Part shown: piece by piece, positions 38,078 through 52,701 of the stretch | Position numbering within the stretch: position 1 is the first letter of the stretch | Layout of the letters: each line of letters starts with the position of its first letter | NCBI GenBank assembly: GCA_904063045.1 | Contig: CAJFCJ010000008.1 | Location: forward strand, 496,001 to 560,000 | Direction: 5' to 3' | DNA length: 64,000 nt | DNA from: Dimorphilus gyrociliatus | Lineage: Eukaryota > Animalia > Annelida | Notes under the pieces: generated by a model | Database searches by the model: none | Told to the model about the DNA's origin: nothing | The model's input: only the letters and a program-made list of their open reading frames with translations | Position numbers and translations under genes: made by a program

Positions 38078-40077
38078 ATGGAGGAAAAGGAGCGTCTAAC
38101 CGTTCTAATACTGGACACAATTGACCAACTTCGGGCGAGAAAAGCAAGACCCGATTCTGAGCGTATAGCCCATATGCTTCAACGGAAATATGGCATAGGG
38201 ATAAAAAAAACTACAGAAATGTTAGAACGGTTGACTAATGCCGAAATCGTTATCAAGGTTGACTACAAGGGTTCGACGTCGTACCGCAACGCTTCAAAAT
38301 GGCGACGGTCACATACAGCAGCTGGTGTTCAGAATTCGACACAAACTCAAAAACAATTAAGTGACGTTGTCCGCTCGTTCGGAAAAGAAGCTGCTACTTT
38401 TACGCGTATTGAGCGGCGCCTACTCGACGAGGATAAAGAGACGCCACTGCGAGGTGAACGTCTTAGTTACGCGCTAACAAGGGAGGTGACAAATGGTAGA
38501 CTGCACTTCGACGAACGAAATGGTGCATATAGCTTAGCTGAGGTAGGTCACGTGACTAGGTCAAAGTTCAACTTTCTATTTCGTGATTTTATAGAAACGA
38601 ATTTCATTTGGCGAAGAACCGAAAGTGAAAAGAGCTAGGAGTTCAGATGGTGAAGAGATAGAAAGTGACCAATCTTTTATATCGACGGGTACTGAAAAAA
38701 GCAGAGTAACTCATCCTGACTCAATAAATGGTCAAGAGCCAAGATGCGACTTCTGCCAAAAGACTGCCGAATGTAATAAAAATGGAGAAAAAGAGGATCT
38801 ACTATTCTGCACAGACTGCAGGTCGAAAGGTAAATACTAAATAGATTTACCCTACTATCGCCATCTTCAGGAGAAATTCTTGTATAACAAAAAGGTCTAT
38901 GGATCTTGATTAGGCTGTATTCAGCCCTAAATTTTCCGTCGTGAGACACGAAACTCTCAGACTACTATCGCGGACCAATTGCTTTAGGGAATTCTTTAAT
39001 TATGGGTCAATTATCACACAGGTACCATTGATATATTTTATACCTATAGCAAAACAAAACAACTAATTAAAATGTCAATACGGACTTTTTACGGATGAAA
39101 AATGTGTCACAATGTCAATTTACAACCTAAAGTTTCAATTATTGAAGATACCAGTTAGTTGCTATTCTATTGGAAAAAGGCGATAATTTGTAAACGGGCG
39201 TGACTGTATTTTACATTACCTCTAGGGTGTGATCTATTTATATAACGACAGTGAAAAAAGCACAAATAAAGTGATGGTTAGGATAAGCGACAACTTTGTA
39301 AATACTAACCATGATATTCTTTCAGCACATCCATCCTGCATGGACTATTCCAAAGCTCTTGCAGAGAGAGCACAATTTTCTCCGTGGCAGTGTATAGATT
39401 GCAAAACATGTAGCGTGTGTTTTGATTCTGGCGACGCGGTATTTATTTATTTTTAAAGTCTTTTCTTGTTTAATGTATTTTCCGAATATTTGACTTTCAA
39501 AAACAGAGTACAATGCTTTTTTGCGATGCATGTGACAAAGGCTTTCATATGGAATGTCTTAATCCACCCATGTCAGAGAAACCGAGCGGAAAATGGGTCT
39601 GCAATCGATGTTTTGCCGAACAAGGAACAAGGGTCACCTCGGATGGAAATGCACCCTGTTTGCCTACTCCCGCTGACTCACCCACTCATTTCGATTCGAC
39701 ACCTGCCCCCCCTAACGGTGAATTAAAGCGTCCTAAGTCATCAATACCGTCCAAAGTTCCAACTGTCGTAAATTCTTTATTGGATGGTGTTAGTATTTTC
39801 ACACGCTTTGATTTAAAACGGTTGACGCTTTCCTTCCTTTTCCAAACAGCAAATGTCTGACGCATCCCAATGGTCAATCGATGATGTCGTACAATATTTC
39901 CGTAATGCCGGCTTCTGTAATCAAGCCGACGTCTTCCGCGAACAGGAAATCGATGGAAAGTCATTGTTGCTGCTCAAGCGAACTGACGTTCTTAACGGAT
40001 TAAGTTTGAAGATGGGACCCGCTCTGAAAATATATACGCATGTTGAACGCTTACAAACCCATAGTCACTTTTTCTGA
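38078..40077 (+). CDS. Chromatin reader: SAMD1/KAT6-type winged helix, H15-like region, double PHD finger and SAM domain, 433 aa
   Basis: Exons 38078-38542, 38595-38829, 39326-39438, 39507-39767 and 39850-40077 total 1302 nt. WH: [23 protein letters not shown]: CDFC...HPSC...WQCIDCKTC...[16 protein letters not shown]: [10 protein letters not shown]...[12 protein letters not shown]...LKMGPALKI. Confidence 0.85.
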
Positions 40078-40322
40078 ATTAACCAGATCTGCTGTTCATT
40101 TTGATCTAGTCAGGAATAGATAGAAAGCTGTTTTTTTTACTAAAGTTAATCTGCATCATTATTTATTTTATAAGACTTTTCATGAATTTTAATAGAAAGA
40201 GACTGTTTTGTGAACGAAAATACATTTATTAACTCTTTGAGACCATTTCAAGTTTTACTTAATGTTAATATTTCATATAAATCAATCAAAATCGACTCAT
40301 TGTTTTGAGAGTCTTCATCAAG

Positions 40323-41009
40323 TTAAGTGAATTTATTTTTCCTTCGTGCAAATTTGTGCTTGGCCCATTTTCTTTTGTCTTGCATCTGTCTCGGTGTTTC
40401 TGGAGGATTCAATCCATTCTGGAGTTTTGAGTAGGCTATAGTTGAATCTTGATCAATGAAGGCTAGAATTAATCTAATAACAAAATCCCGTTAGACTAGG
40501 GAACATGTCGATAATTAGCACAAAGGCTGTCAATGTAAACCTAGTTTTCTCGTTCGCTTAATTGTTTTTTGTTAGAAAGGTCTATGAATACTTACATGGG
40601 AGATTGCAATTCTTCTTTCATCGAGCTCAGTAAGTCTGTAATTTCTCCCAGGGAGAATTTATCCTGGCTGCTAACAGGATAAACCGCATTCTCAGCAGCG
40701 CTAGCCATAGGATTTCCAGTGACAACGAAACGATTCGCTTTTAATTTCCTTATGTTTAAATTATGCCATTTACGTACTGTGGCAAAGTTTGCGATCAATA
40801 ATTACTATAACCAATTGCAACAAGAGACCTCTAACCTTCCGATAGATCCATATAAACCTCAAATATCATTTGACGCTGTTTTTCATCGTCTATCGTTGCA
40901 CATAATTGTCTATACTACAAAAGAAAAATCAACGAGTTTATAAACGGTTTATACAATATTTGTTGAAATATACATTCTTTACCTTTGGATGATTTATTGT
41001 ACGTGTCAT
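40323..41009 (-). CDS. TSEN15: tRNA-splicing endonuclease subunit Sen15, 145 aa
   Basis: Exons 41009-40983, 40914-40836, 40776-40596 and 40473-40323 total 438 nt in frame. The protein contains HPKY, FEVYMDLSEVRKWHNL and ILAFIDQDSTIAYSKLQNG, matching remembered Sen15 motifs (HPKY, FLVYLDL...WHEV, LAIVESDSTIVYYKL). Confidence 0.82.
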
Positions 41010-41904
41010 AATTCTTTCTATAGATAGAGAATTATTAATATAACAAATTTCGAGCGATAATATATTTCATACTAAGCGGCGGATACCGAATGTTTTGTAT
41101 AAGAACTTGTTTCGCTTGGATTAAGCCTATAATTTGAATAATGAATAGTTAACTACTTAGGCCGCTATTTCTCTAACATAAAGTTTTAAAATTTAATTCT
41201 AAACAGAAAATTTTCGTGACCAGAGGATGAAAAAACTGTCAGAGGAAAAAAAATATATTTGACACTTTAGGTAATGTTAACGTTTCTTGATAATCCCATC
41301 TCTTCAAGTACATCACATTAAGTGGTAAAAGTGCTGAACAAATTTATAATCATATTATTTAAGAGATTTTGTATGCACAACATAAAAAAAGTGTTAATAT
41401 TCGTGTCAGTAAATGTTTTGCAGAAGCCGGAAAAATTTTTTTGTAAATAACGATTAAGGGGAATATTTGTGAACGATAATGAGAAAAGCGTTCCAATTTG
41501 AAGAATTTTTTTTTGTTCTTTTATGAATAGACTGTATTATATGTATAAATTACATATAAAACAATAAGAATTAAACATAATCTTAACTAAAGAATTATGA
41601 AGCCGTGACTTTTTGCCAAATGATATGAAATACCTAGTGGCGTTGCAAAAATAAGAACTAAAAAGATTACATGTGTAGACGACAATATTTTTTTATCACA
41701 GTTACGCACAAATACGGAGTAAAAATTTTGATAATGTTCTCTAATGGACAAAAATAGGACGGATACAAACCAAACTGAGCACTTTGAAAAAAGAACAAAT
41801 GGTAGCTTTATTCTTGCATTTAAATATAAAAAAAAGAAGAATAGAAAAAGAAGAATGAAGAAACTTTCGGAGACAAAAAAGGAACATTCTTTATTTCCCT
41901 TTTT

Positions 41905-45190
<3,286 letters not shown>

Positions 45191-45657
45191 GGCTGTTGAA
45201 AGAGAATACTAATTACTTAGCAGTGAACATGTCACTGCATGATAAAAATCCATTGTGACAAAGAACATTTCTAAAATCTTTCAGAGATCCTAAAATTTTT
45301 AGACTTTTAAGTAATATATTAAAGTTACCCTTAAACAATCTGTAACTTAGATGAAATTAATAGAATTCTACCTGGTTGACAACCACAACAATAATTTGCC
45401 GATAGTTGGCGTTAGCAATCAACGAGGAGAGAGAAAACTGGTAATTCGAAGTGGCGCGAAATTATGGAGAGTGTTACGGTCTATGGACTATGCTCACCGT
45501 TTTTTAGGTCAAGAACAGTGATTGGCACAAGCTGCACTTCCGAGAACAATCGTCCAATAAGCAATCTTCACACAGGTAATATTAATATTAACGTATTCAT
45601 AAGCCGGCTGTTTCTCAAGGAAACTGAACTTGCTATATCGTCAATAACATCGTGAAG

Positions 45658-46494
45658 ATGACTGACAAGACGTCAGACTTTAGCTTTTCGTACGTCTTTC
45701 CTTTCGAGAAGAACTTTGACGAAGAGTCATTCTGGCAATGGATTCGAGAAAATTGGACACTGTCACTTTGGTACTCTTTAGCCTACATAGTTTTCATTTT
45801 CGGCGGAAAATATTATATGGAAAGGCGACCAAGATTAGAAATTCGAGTGGCATTGGCAGTATGGTCAAGTATATTGGCAATATTTTCAATATTAGGTGCG
45901 ATGAGAACTATGCCTGAGCTTATTTACGTAATAAATAAATATGGATGGGAATTTTCGGTATGCAACCCCTCGTATGTGTATTATTCGCCGACAGCTTTCT
46001 GGACGTGTCTTTTTGCTTTATCAAAAGTTTATGAATTGGGTGATACGATATTTATTGTCTTAAGAAAACAACAGCTTATTTTTTTGCATTGGTACCATCA
46101 TATAACAGTTTTAATCTACGTATGGTACAGTATACCTGAACATACTGCTCCCGGAAGATGGTTTATCGTGATGAATTATACTGTACACTCTTTCATGTAT
46201 ACTTATTACGCTCTAAAAGCTATGAGAGTAAAAGTACCAAAATTTATATCAATGGTCATTACTAGTCTACAAATAACACAAATGATAATAGGTGTTGCAG
46301 TTAATATATGGGCATATCACGTTAAGGGCAAAGGAGGCTATTGTCAACAGTCATACTCAAATCTTAAATGGTCATCTATTATGTATTTGAGTTATTTCGC
46401 CTTGTTTTCGAACTTCTTCTATCACGCCTATTTCAATAAGAAGAAACCTTCTGTACAAGATATAAAAAAAATGGAGAACAAAAAGCAAAATTAG
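45658..46494 (+). CDS. ELOVL6: Very-long-chain fatty acid elongase of the ELOVL6 type; no intron in the CDS
   Basis: Single ORF with KVYELGDTIFIVLRKQ, the LHWYHH histidine box, MNYTVHSFMYTYY and a C-terminal dilysine-like KKQN. Confidence 0.88.
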   Translation: MTDKTSDFSFSYVFPFEKNFDEESFWQWIRENWTLSLWYSLAYIVFIFGGKYYMERRPRLEIRVALAVWSSILAIFSILGAMRTMPELIYVINKYGWEFSVCNPSYVYYSPTAFWTCLFALSKVYELGDTIFIVLRKQQLIFLHWYHHITVLIYVWYSIPEHTAPGRWFIVMNYTVHSFMYTYYALKAMRVKVPKFISMVITSLQITQMIIGVAVNIWAYHVKGKGGYCQQSYSNLKWSSIMYLSYFALFSNFFYHAYFNKKKPSVQDIKKMENKKQN

Positions 46495-46867
46495 TGAAAT
46501 TTTATATAAAAAAAATGTTTTTTCTTCTCTTGTACTCATCTATATCATTGTTAATTTTGTTACACTTAATTACAGAACACAAAATTCGTTCATGTCCACC
46601 TAGAAAATTATTACAATTGATGTTATAAAACAATTTATATATATACATTTATATAAAAAAATTTTATGAATAAAAAGTCATATCAAAATTTCGAATATTT
46701 CATGGGACGTACGTTTTTTTATCGTAATATATATTTTCTTAAAGAAATTAGATTAGTCATTATCGTTCGACTCTAAAGGGACAATATCACCTCTTACGCC
46801 ACCGGTGATATGATGTTGATAGGCTGGAAATTTTCACGTTTTGAGCGATAATACGCTATATAGAGAC

Positions 46868-47807
46868 ATGTTGACTGTACGAACGGTCAAGAGGAAATAT
46901 GATGATATGGGGTCAAATGATAACATTACCTTTGACTTTGTCGATGATAGGGTAGATGAAATAAGAAAGCTTCTTAAGGACAAAACTCAAGATTTAATTG
47001 CTAATAGCATATTAGATATTGAGATAAAATTATGCAATGAGCTAGCCTCCTTGGAGTACCTTCACCCTGTTTCCTTTATTTATAATCCAATAGACTACGC
47101 AGCAGAGCTGCATTGTGATTTTATTAGTAAATATGGTCAAAATCCTAAAAAAGTTCTATTTGTTGGAATGAATCCAGGACCTTTTGGAATGGCTCAAACA
47201 GGAGTAATAAAATGATTTTATCTATATAAAATAGTATGTCATATGTAATGTTCTATTGTTTTAAATTTAGGTTCCTTTTGGTGAGGTTAAAACTGTTAAA
47301 GATTGGTTCAAAGTTGAAGGAAAAATTGGCAAACCAGCCAAGGAATGTGTCAAACGTAAAATTTCCGGTCTCGAATGTCAGCGTAGTGAAGTTAGCGGTG
47401 AAAGATTCTGGAGTTTATTTAAAAAATTATGTGGAACACCAGATAATTTTTCCAAAGCGGCTTACGTACATAACTTTTGTCCTCTTCTATTTTTAAAAGA
47501 GTCTGGAAAAAATCTAACACCAGTCGATCTTAAAATTGACCTAAGGAAGAAAGTCAATTCAATGTGTCTCAAATCTCTATCAGAAGTCATAAAGGTTATT
47601 GAACCAAAATGGATTATAGGCATTGGAAAATATGCTAAAGATAACATTGATAAAGCTTGTAAATTGTTTGATATAGAAAATGTTAAAACCGCTGTTGTTA
47701 TGCATCCTAGTCCAGCCAATCCTCAAGCTAACAAGGGTTGGGAAAATATTGCAATTGCACAATTAAGTGAAATTGGAGTTTTAAACTTATTTTCAACCCA
47801 ATCATGA
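46868..47807 (+). CDS. SMUG1: Single-strand selective monofunctional uracil-DNA glycosylase, about 290 aa
   Basis: Exons 46868-47203 and 47271-47807. Motifs GMNPGPFGMAQTGVPFG, SEVSGERFW and HPSPANP. Confidence 0.95.
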
Positions 47808-47932
47808 TTAGTCAAGAAAGTGTTAAATTGTTATTTTGTAGCCAAATGAGTTTTTTGTATTAATTTCAAATTGAACGTCTTTAAAGTAACAGACTCCAAA
47901 TCAAGTATAAGATAATAGAGATAAATAATATA

Positions 47933-47961
47933 CCCCCATCTCCCTTCCCTTCCCTTCCCCC
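47933..47961 (-). other. G-quadruplex-forming motif between the convergent SMUG1 and APH1 genes
   Basis: Minus strand reads GGGGG-AA-GGG-AA-GGG-AA-GGG-AGAT-GGGGG. Confidence 0.55.
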
Positions 47962-48194
47962 TATATATTGTCAAATCGGGATATAGAGACTTTAAGTGCT
48001 TCACAAAAACAAAGATATAGTCATTATTCAGGTACGTTCCTTATTTAGTCTGGAATGGGGAAGATTTATTGTTCCCTAAATTTTTTTATTGACTAAATCC
48101 GTTGAATTTTGTTGTTGTTTAACGAATCAATAGTAATTTTCGATTTTGAATTTTATCCGTATAAAAAAAAAAAGAAAACAGTAAGGAGTACACT

Positions 48195-48950
48195 TTAGAA
48201 TCCGCAAAATGCCTTGATTCCGGACAGTGAACCACCAGCTACAACAAAAGCCCATATACCAGAGATAATGAGTAAGACGTAAGCGGGAGTAATAGTTGCC
48301 GCGTAGATAGGGGGATCACGGTTATTAAGTAGAGTTAAGCAGGACGCAAGAAGATGGAATATGACAACGACACCCACTTGCCAATAAGATTTTTTATCCA
48401 ATGCTGCATAGGAGATGACTTGCCAAAAAGTATTGAGCATTACAAAAGCAAACGTTAAGAGAGAACTTGTGATAAAAAAATGATCTGAATCTCCATGAAT
48501 TCCGACCGTACCAGGACCAACGCTTGCACTCAATATATTAACCAAGGCAAATGCACCACTAGTCATTCCAAATGCTAATCCACAAACTAAAGCCATAAGG
48601 TGATGATTCTTTATAAATTTTATCTGTTTACTGTCCTCATCAGCCCCAGCTTGGCCATCCTGCATCATTTTTTGTAGACCATTTTCTGCCTTTTGAACTA
48701 ATTTATAATAAGCTAATCTGGAAGCCTCCTGGAAGAGAACTGAAAACACTAAACCAAACGCAAGTTTCTCTCGCAAAGGTACTACAGCAAACCATAGTAG
48801 AGATGATATTAACAGAGCAATCAGCCAGAAGAATGAACTAGCAATAAAGAGAATTACCCTAATCGGTTCCCTCCCGACAACAAAAATAAATAGCGAAACT
48901 GCCGGTCCAAAGGCCAGAAACGCGCAGCCAAAAAATTCTTTTATTGTCAT
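48195..48950 (-). CDS. APH1: Gamma-secretase subunit APH-1; no intron in the CDS
   Basis: Starts MTIKEFFGCAFLAFGP; seven hydrophobic segments; GLAFGMTSG (GxxxG) and GPGTVGIHGDS motifs. Confidence 0.95.
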   Translation of the reverse strand: MTIKEFFGCAFLAFGPAVSLFIFVVGREPIRVILFIASSFFWLIALLISSLLWFAVVPLREKLAFGLVFSVLFQEASRLAYYKLVQKAENGLQKMMQDGQAGADEDSKQIKFIKNHHLMALVCGLAFGMTSGAFALVNILSASVGPGTVGIHGDSDHFFITSSLLTFAFVMLNTFWQVISYAALDKKSYWQVGVVVIFHLLASCLTLLNNRDPPIYAATITPAYVLLIISGIWAFVVAGGSLSGIKAFCGF

Positions 48951-49479
48951 TGCGTGAATCTATGGCACCGATTTTTATTTCGATGTTTTTAATCCAGTTT
49001 TTAAAATCTAAAACAGCTAAAATGGTTTTTTCTGTGTTCAACAACTTCCGCTCAACGTTAATGTGTCTAAATATTTTTAAGATGACTCATAAAGGCACCA
49101 GATGACAACACTAGTATCTGCATAGAAACTTTTCTCCAGTGTTCTCATCTTTCTAAGTAAAATCACAAAGTTCTCCCTAAATATCATATAATCAAAAAAA
49201 AAGTACAAAAGGATTCAAATATAACCAATAAGTTATTTATATAAATTTAATATTGATTTTCAAAAGAGATAAATGAGATAGAAAGTAATAGTTATTGTTT
49301 CTTATATTGTATATACTTGTATCATCTTTTACATTAAAATTGAACTTTTCTCTCTTGCCTTTAAATTTTAACTTTATAATTACAATTAAAGCGATAAATT
49401 CAATAGTTACGTGCATCTACTCCTCCTTAGGGATAACTTTTCATTGATCCGTCAGAGTTGTTGATTACTTTGTCTTAAG

Positions 49480-50573
49480 ATGGACGATGAAAAATGCATT
49501 TTTCATCCATCTGAACCGTATAAGTATTATATTCTTATCTAAATAAACTGTTGACAATTAGATTATGTTTTTCTTGACAAAAAAGGCATTCTAACGAAAA
49601 AGACGAGGACGAAGATGAAGACGAAAGCGAAACAATTATATTACATGATCTAGAGGATCTAGGAGAGGATTTGGTAAAGGTAACGGAAAGGCCGAGGTAT
49701 GAATATGAATGCTACCAGGGCGATGATTCCGACATTGAAGTGGTAAGGATTGTTGAGAATAATGACTCGGATGATCAAGAACTCTCACCTAGAGAACGAT
49801 CCGAACAAGTGGAAAAATATGGAAATATAGCTTCTCGTGTAAATTGGGGAGGACCACCAGTCAAGAAAAAAACAGTTCATTATAATGAAGAAGTAAATCA
49901 AGTTGAGGAAGTTCTACGTGAAAAATTGCACGTCACTAAAAAGCATACCGTTAATCCTGAGGTTAGAGAAAAATTAGAGCTTTTACAGCAAAGAAGATTT
50001 CATAGAATGCTACTGCCAGCTAGAAATGTCCAAAAGAATAAATTTAATCCTAATTTAGTTCCTAATAGCTTCCGTCCTAAGAATCGATATGGAAATGAGG
50101 CAAAAGTACTTAGTAGGAGAAAGAAATTACCAATTAGTCTTAAAGGTCACAACAGTCACTTTCTCTACTATAAAAGGAAAGTAGATCATCAAGCAAGCCA
50201 GTGTAACATTTTAAGAGTAATAGAAACTACTGACGCAGAAGTTCAAGCGACAGCTCAAACAAACGAAAAATTAGTACAAGCTACTATACATAAACAAGAT
50301 GGATCTTCTCAATATCCGATTCCAAAACTTCGTGATAGGTCATGTTCAACGATCATAAAAACATACTCAGAGGAAGGAGTTCAGGCTGTCGTAGAACAAG
50401 AAGATAAAGCAATTGATCCACCAATTAAAATATTCTATTACGAAGATTTAAAAGCTCACAGTAACGCTGAAGTTCAGACTGAAGCAACAATAGCGATCTA
50501 TTCTGACGATATCAAAGGATACTCGGATGATTGGGAGAGTTGTTCCAGCTATAATCTTGAAGATAGGATATGA
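49480..50573 (+). CDS. Orphan, largely disordered protein, 343 aa
   Basis: Exons 49480-49523 and 49586-50573 join in frame through a 62-nt GT-AG intron. No family recognised. Confidence 0.6.
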
Positions 50574-50652
50574 AAAATTTATTTAAAGAAATTTCTAAAA
50601 AGAATTAACTATCATTCATGCTTTTTTTGATCTTGTAACATTAGGAAGCGTA

Positions 50653-52538
50653 TTAATTAATAAATAGTACTTCAAAGGTTGGTATAAATTCACATCTAAA
50701 AACTTGACCTGCAGGTAGTTCTTTTAATTCTCCTTGAAAGGAAATTTTATGCGAAGATGCCTTTTTCTCTTCCATTTGTTTAGATTGTTTTGGTTTTTCC
50801 TCAATTTTAGGTTTTAACCTTTTTGCAATTGGTTTCGGTATTTTCTTTATGATTTTTTTTTGAAAACTAACTAAAGGCTTGTCTTCAAAACCGAACATGT
50901 TGCTTTCTTAAAACGATAGATATATTTAAATTAACATACTATATATTATATAAATATACTAACCAGTACAAATTAATTTTCGATGTTTGGCACTAAGTTT
51001 CTCCCACATATTTTGGCAAGAGTAGCATTTTTGAAAGTTCTTCTTTATAAAGTCTTTCAATATAGCCATTAATTTTGGTAGAAAGTCTCTTCCCTCCTCA
51101 TTAGGGAAGTCAACAATATTTTCATACATTTTTAATGCCTGTTCAGCTTTCAGATGCTCCATTGCAATTTCCACCAATTTAAAGTCTTCATCGTTCAACG
51201 CTATATTCTAAATATTCATTAGTCTATAGTTTACTATTAAATATCTATATTAATTAATTTACCGCTAGAAGAACCGCTTTCTTATATGATAATTCAGAGC
51301 AGAGTATTTGGTTAAGTTTAAGTGCAATTTTATTGCACATATTCTGAGTATTTTGGCTTTTATCACTTGGTAAGTTATTTTGGAATGAGGCTAAATTTGA
51401 TAGATGCTCTATTAAACTTTTAATTGAGGTACCATTTACGGTCCATGCTTGGATTGAACTTTCCATACAGGCATTGTGTAATTTCATGCCACCGACTGAA
51501 AAGTTTTCATTTCTCCAAAACTCTTGCCAATATTTACAGAACCAACGTACAATTTTATCCTTTAATCTATCTAGTCTAAAACGATCTGATAAGTGAAAAG
51601 CGTGAAAGGCATCCTCCTTATTCTTCTCAGGTCGTCGAAATCTTCGACATAATACAACTTCTATACAAGCAGCTAAATACAAGCTAGCTATTCTAATATC
51701 ATAGATTTCAGATAGTTCAAGAAGAGGAAATATTTCTTCCTTTTCAACTTGTGGGAATTTACAGTAAACAATGTCTAAAACTTTCACAAAATGATTATAA
51801 GAAACTCTGTTATGAAAGAAAAGAAAAAGTAATGAAGATAAAAATAGAGGCTTCTCTTTTTATTTTCACTAACCCATTTAATTTAACTTCATCGTCTGGA
51901 CCTTCCCACCTATCGCTAAAAAAAGCTTCAAAAAACGAACTTAACTTTGACAACAGACTCCTAAAGAAAGTTTAAGGATGAAAGATCAAATCAATTTGTT
52001 TATATTAAACGAAGAGAAGAACTAACTTATGTATGAGGACTTTTTTTTCTTCAATAACTAGGGTTTCGTCACTCGTATCCTTTAAATGGGCTTCGTATAA
52101 ATGCGATAATCTTTTACGAATAGATGCCTCTTTTATTTCTGTTAAACCGTTTTCTTTCGATTCATCGCTTATCACATTTTTAGCCTTCTCTGAGAAAACA
52201 TCACCGAATTCTTCCACAACTACTACAGACCGACATAATTCGCAATCATTTCGCAGCAACTCAATCTCAAAACTGTACAGAAGAAAGAAAGTTATTATCT
52301 ACTTCATATTGTAATGTACAGCTGCAATTCTTGGTAAACTTGTTTAATAAGTGTACAATTAAGCCTAAGAAGTTTATGGATATACATTAGTTTTTAAAAA
52401 TACAGATTATTACAAAGGTACATTCTTGTCTTCTTCATTTTTATTCTCGATTAGCCCGAGATAATCTTTATAAAAATCTCGAGGCAGTGTGGCCAATATT
52501 GAATTGCTGAAGTTTTCTTTTTCATTGGCGAGAGACAT
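50653..52538 (-). CDS. BTB/POZ domain protein with a BACK-like extension
   Basis: Spliced reading KVLIHKSLLSKLSSFFEAFFSDRWEGPDDEVKLNGVSYNHFVKVLDIVY...LLELSEIYDI fits the BTB pattern and is followed by FHLSDRFRLDRLKDKIVRWF. The 5' exons (ATG at 52538) and last exon are inferred from splice phase. Confidence 0.7.
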
Positions 52539-52701
52539 TTCGCCTGAGCGATGATAGAAATTTTTTCAACATTACATTCAAAAATTTTCTCATTTTACAA
52601 TGTCTCTAAATGGCGCGCTTTTTTTTCAATTTTTACGAATAATTGGAATTATTTATTCTCAAATAATTCTCATTGTTGTCATATTTTCAAATTCGAAAAA
52701 A

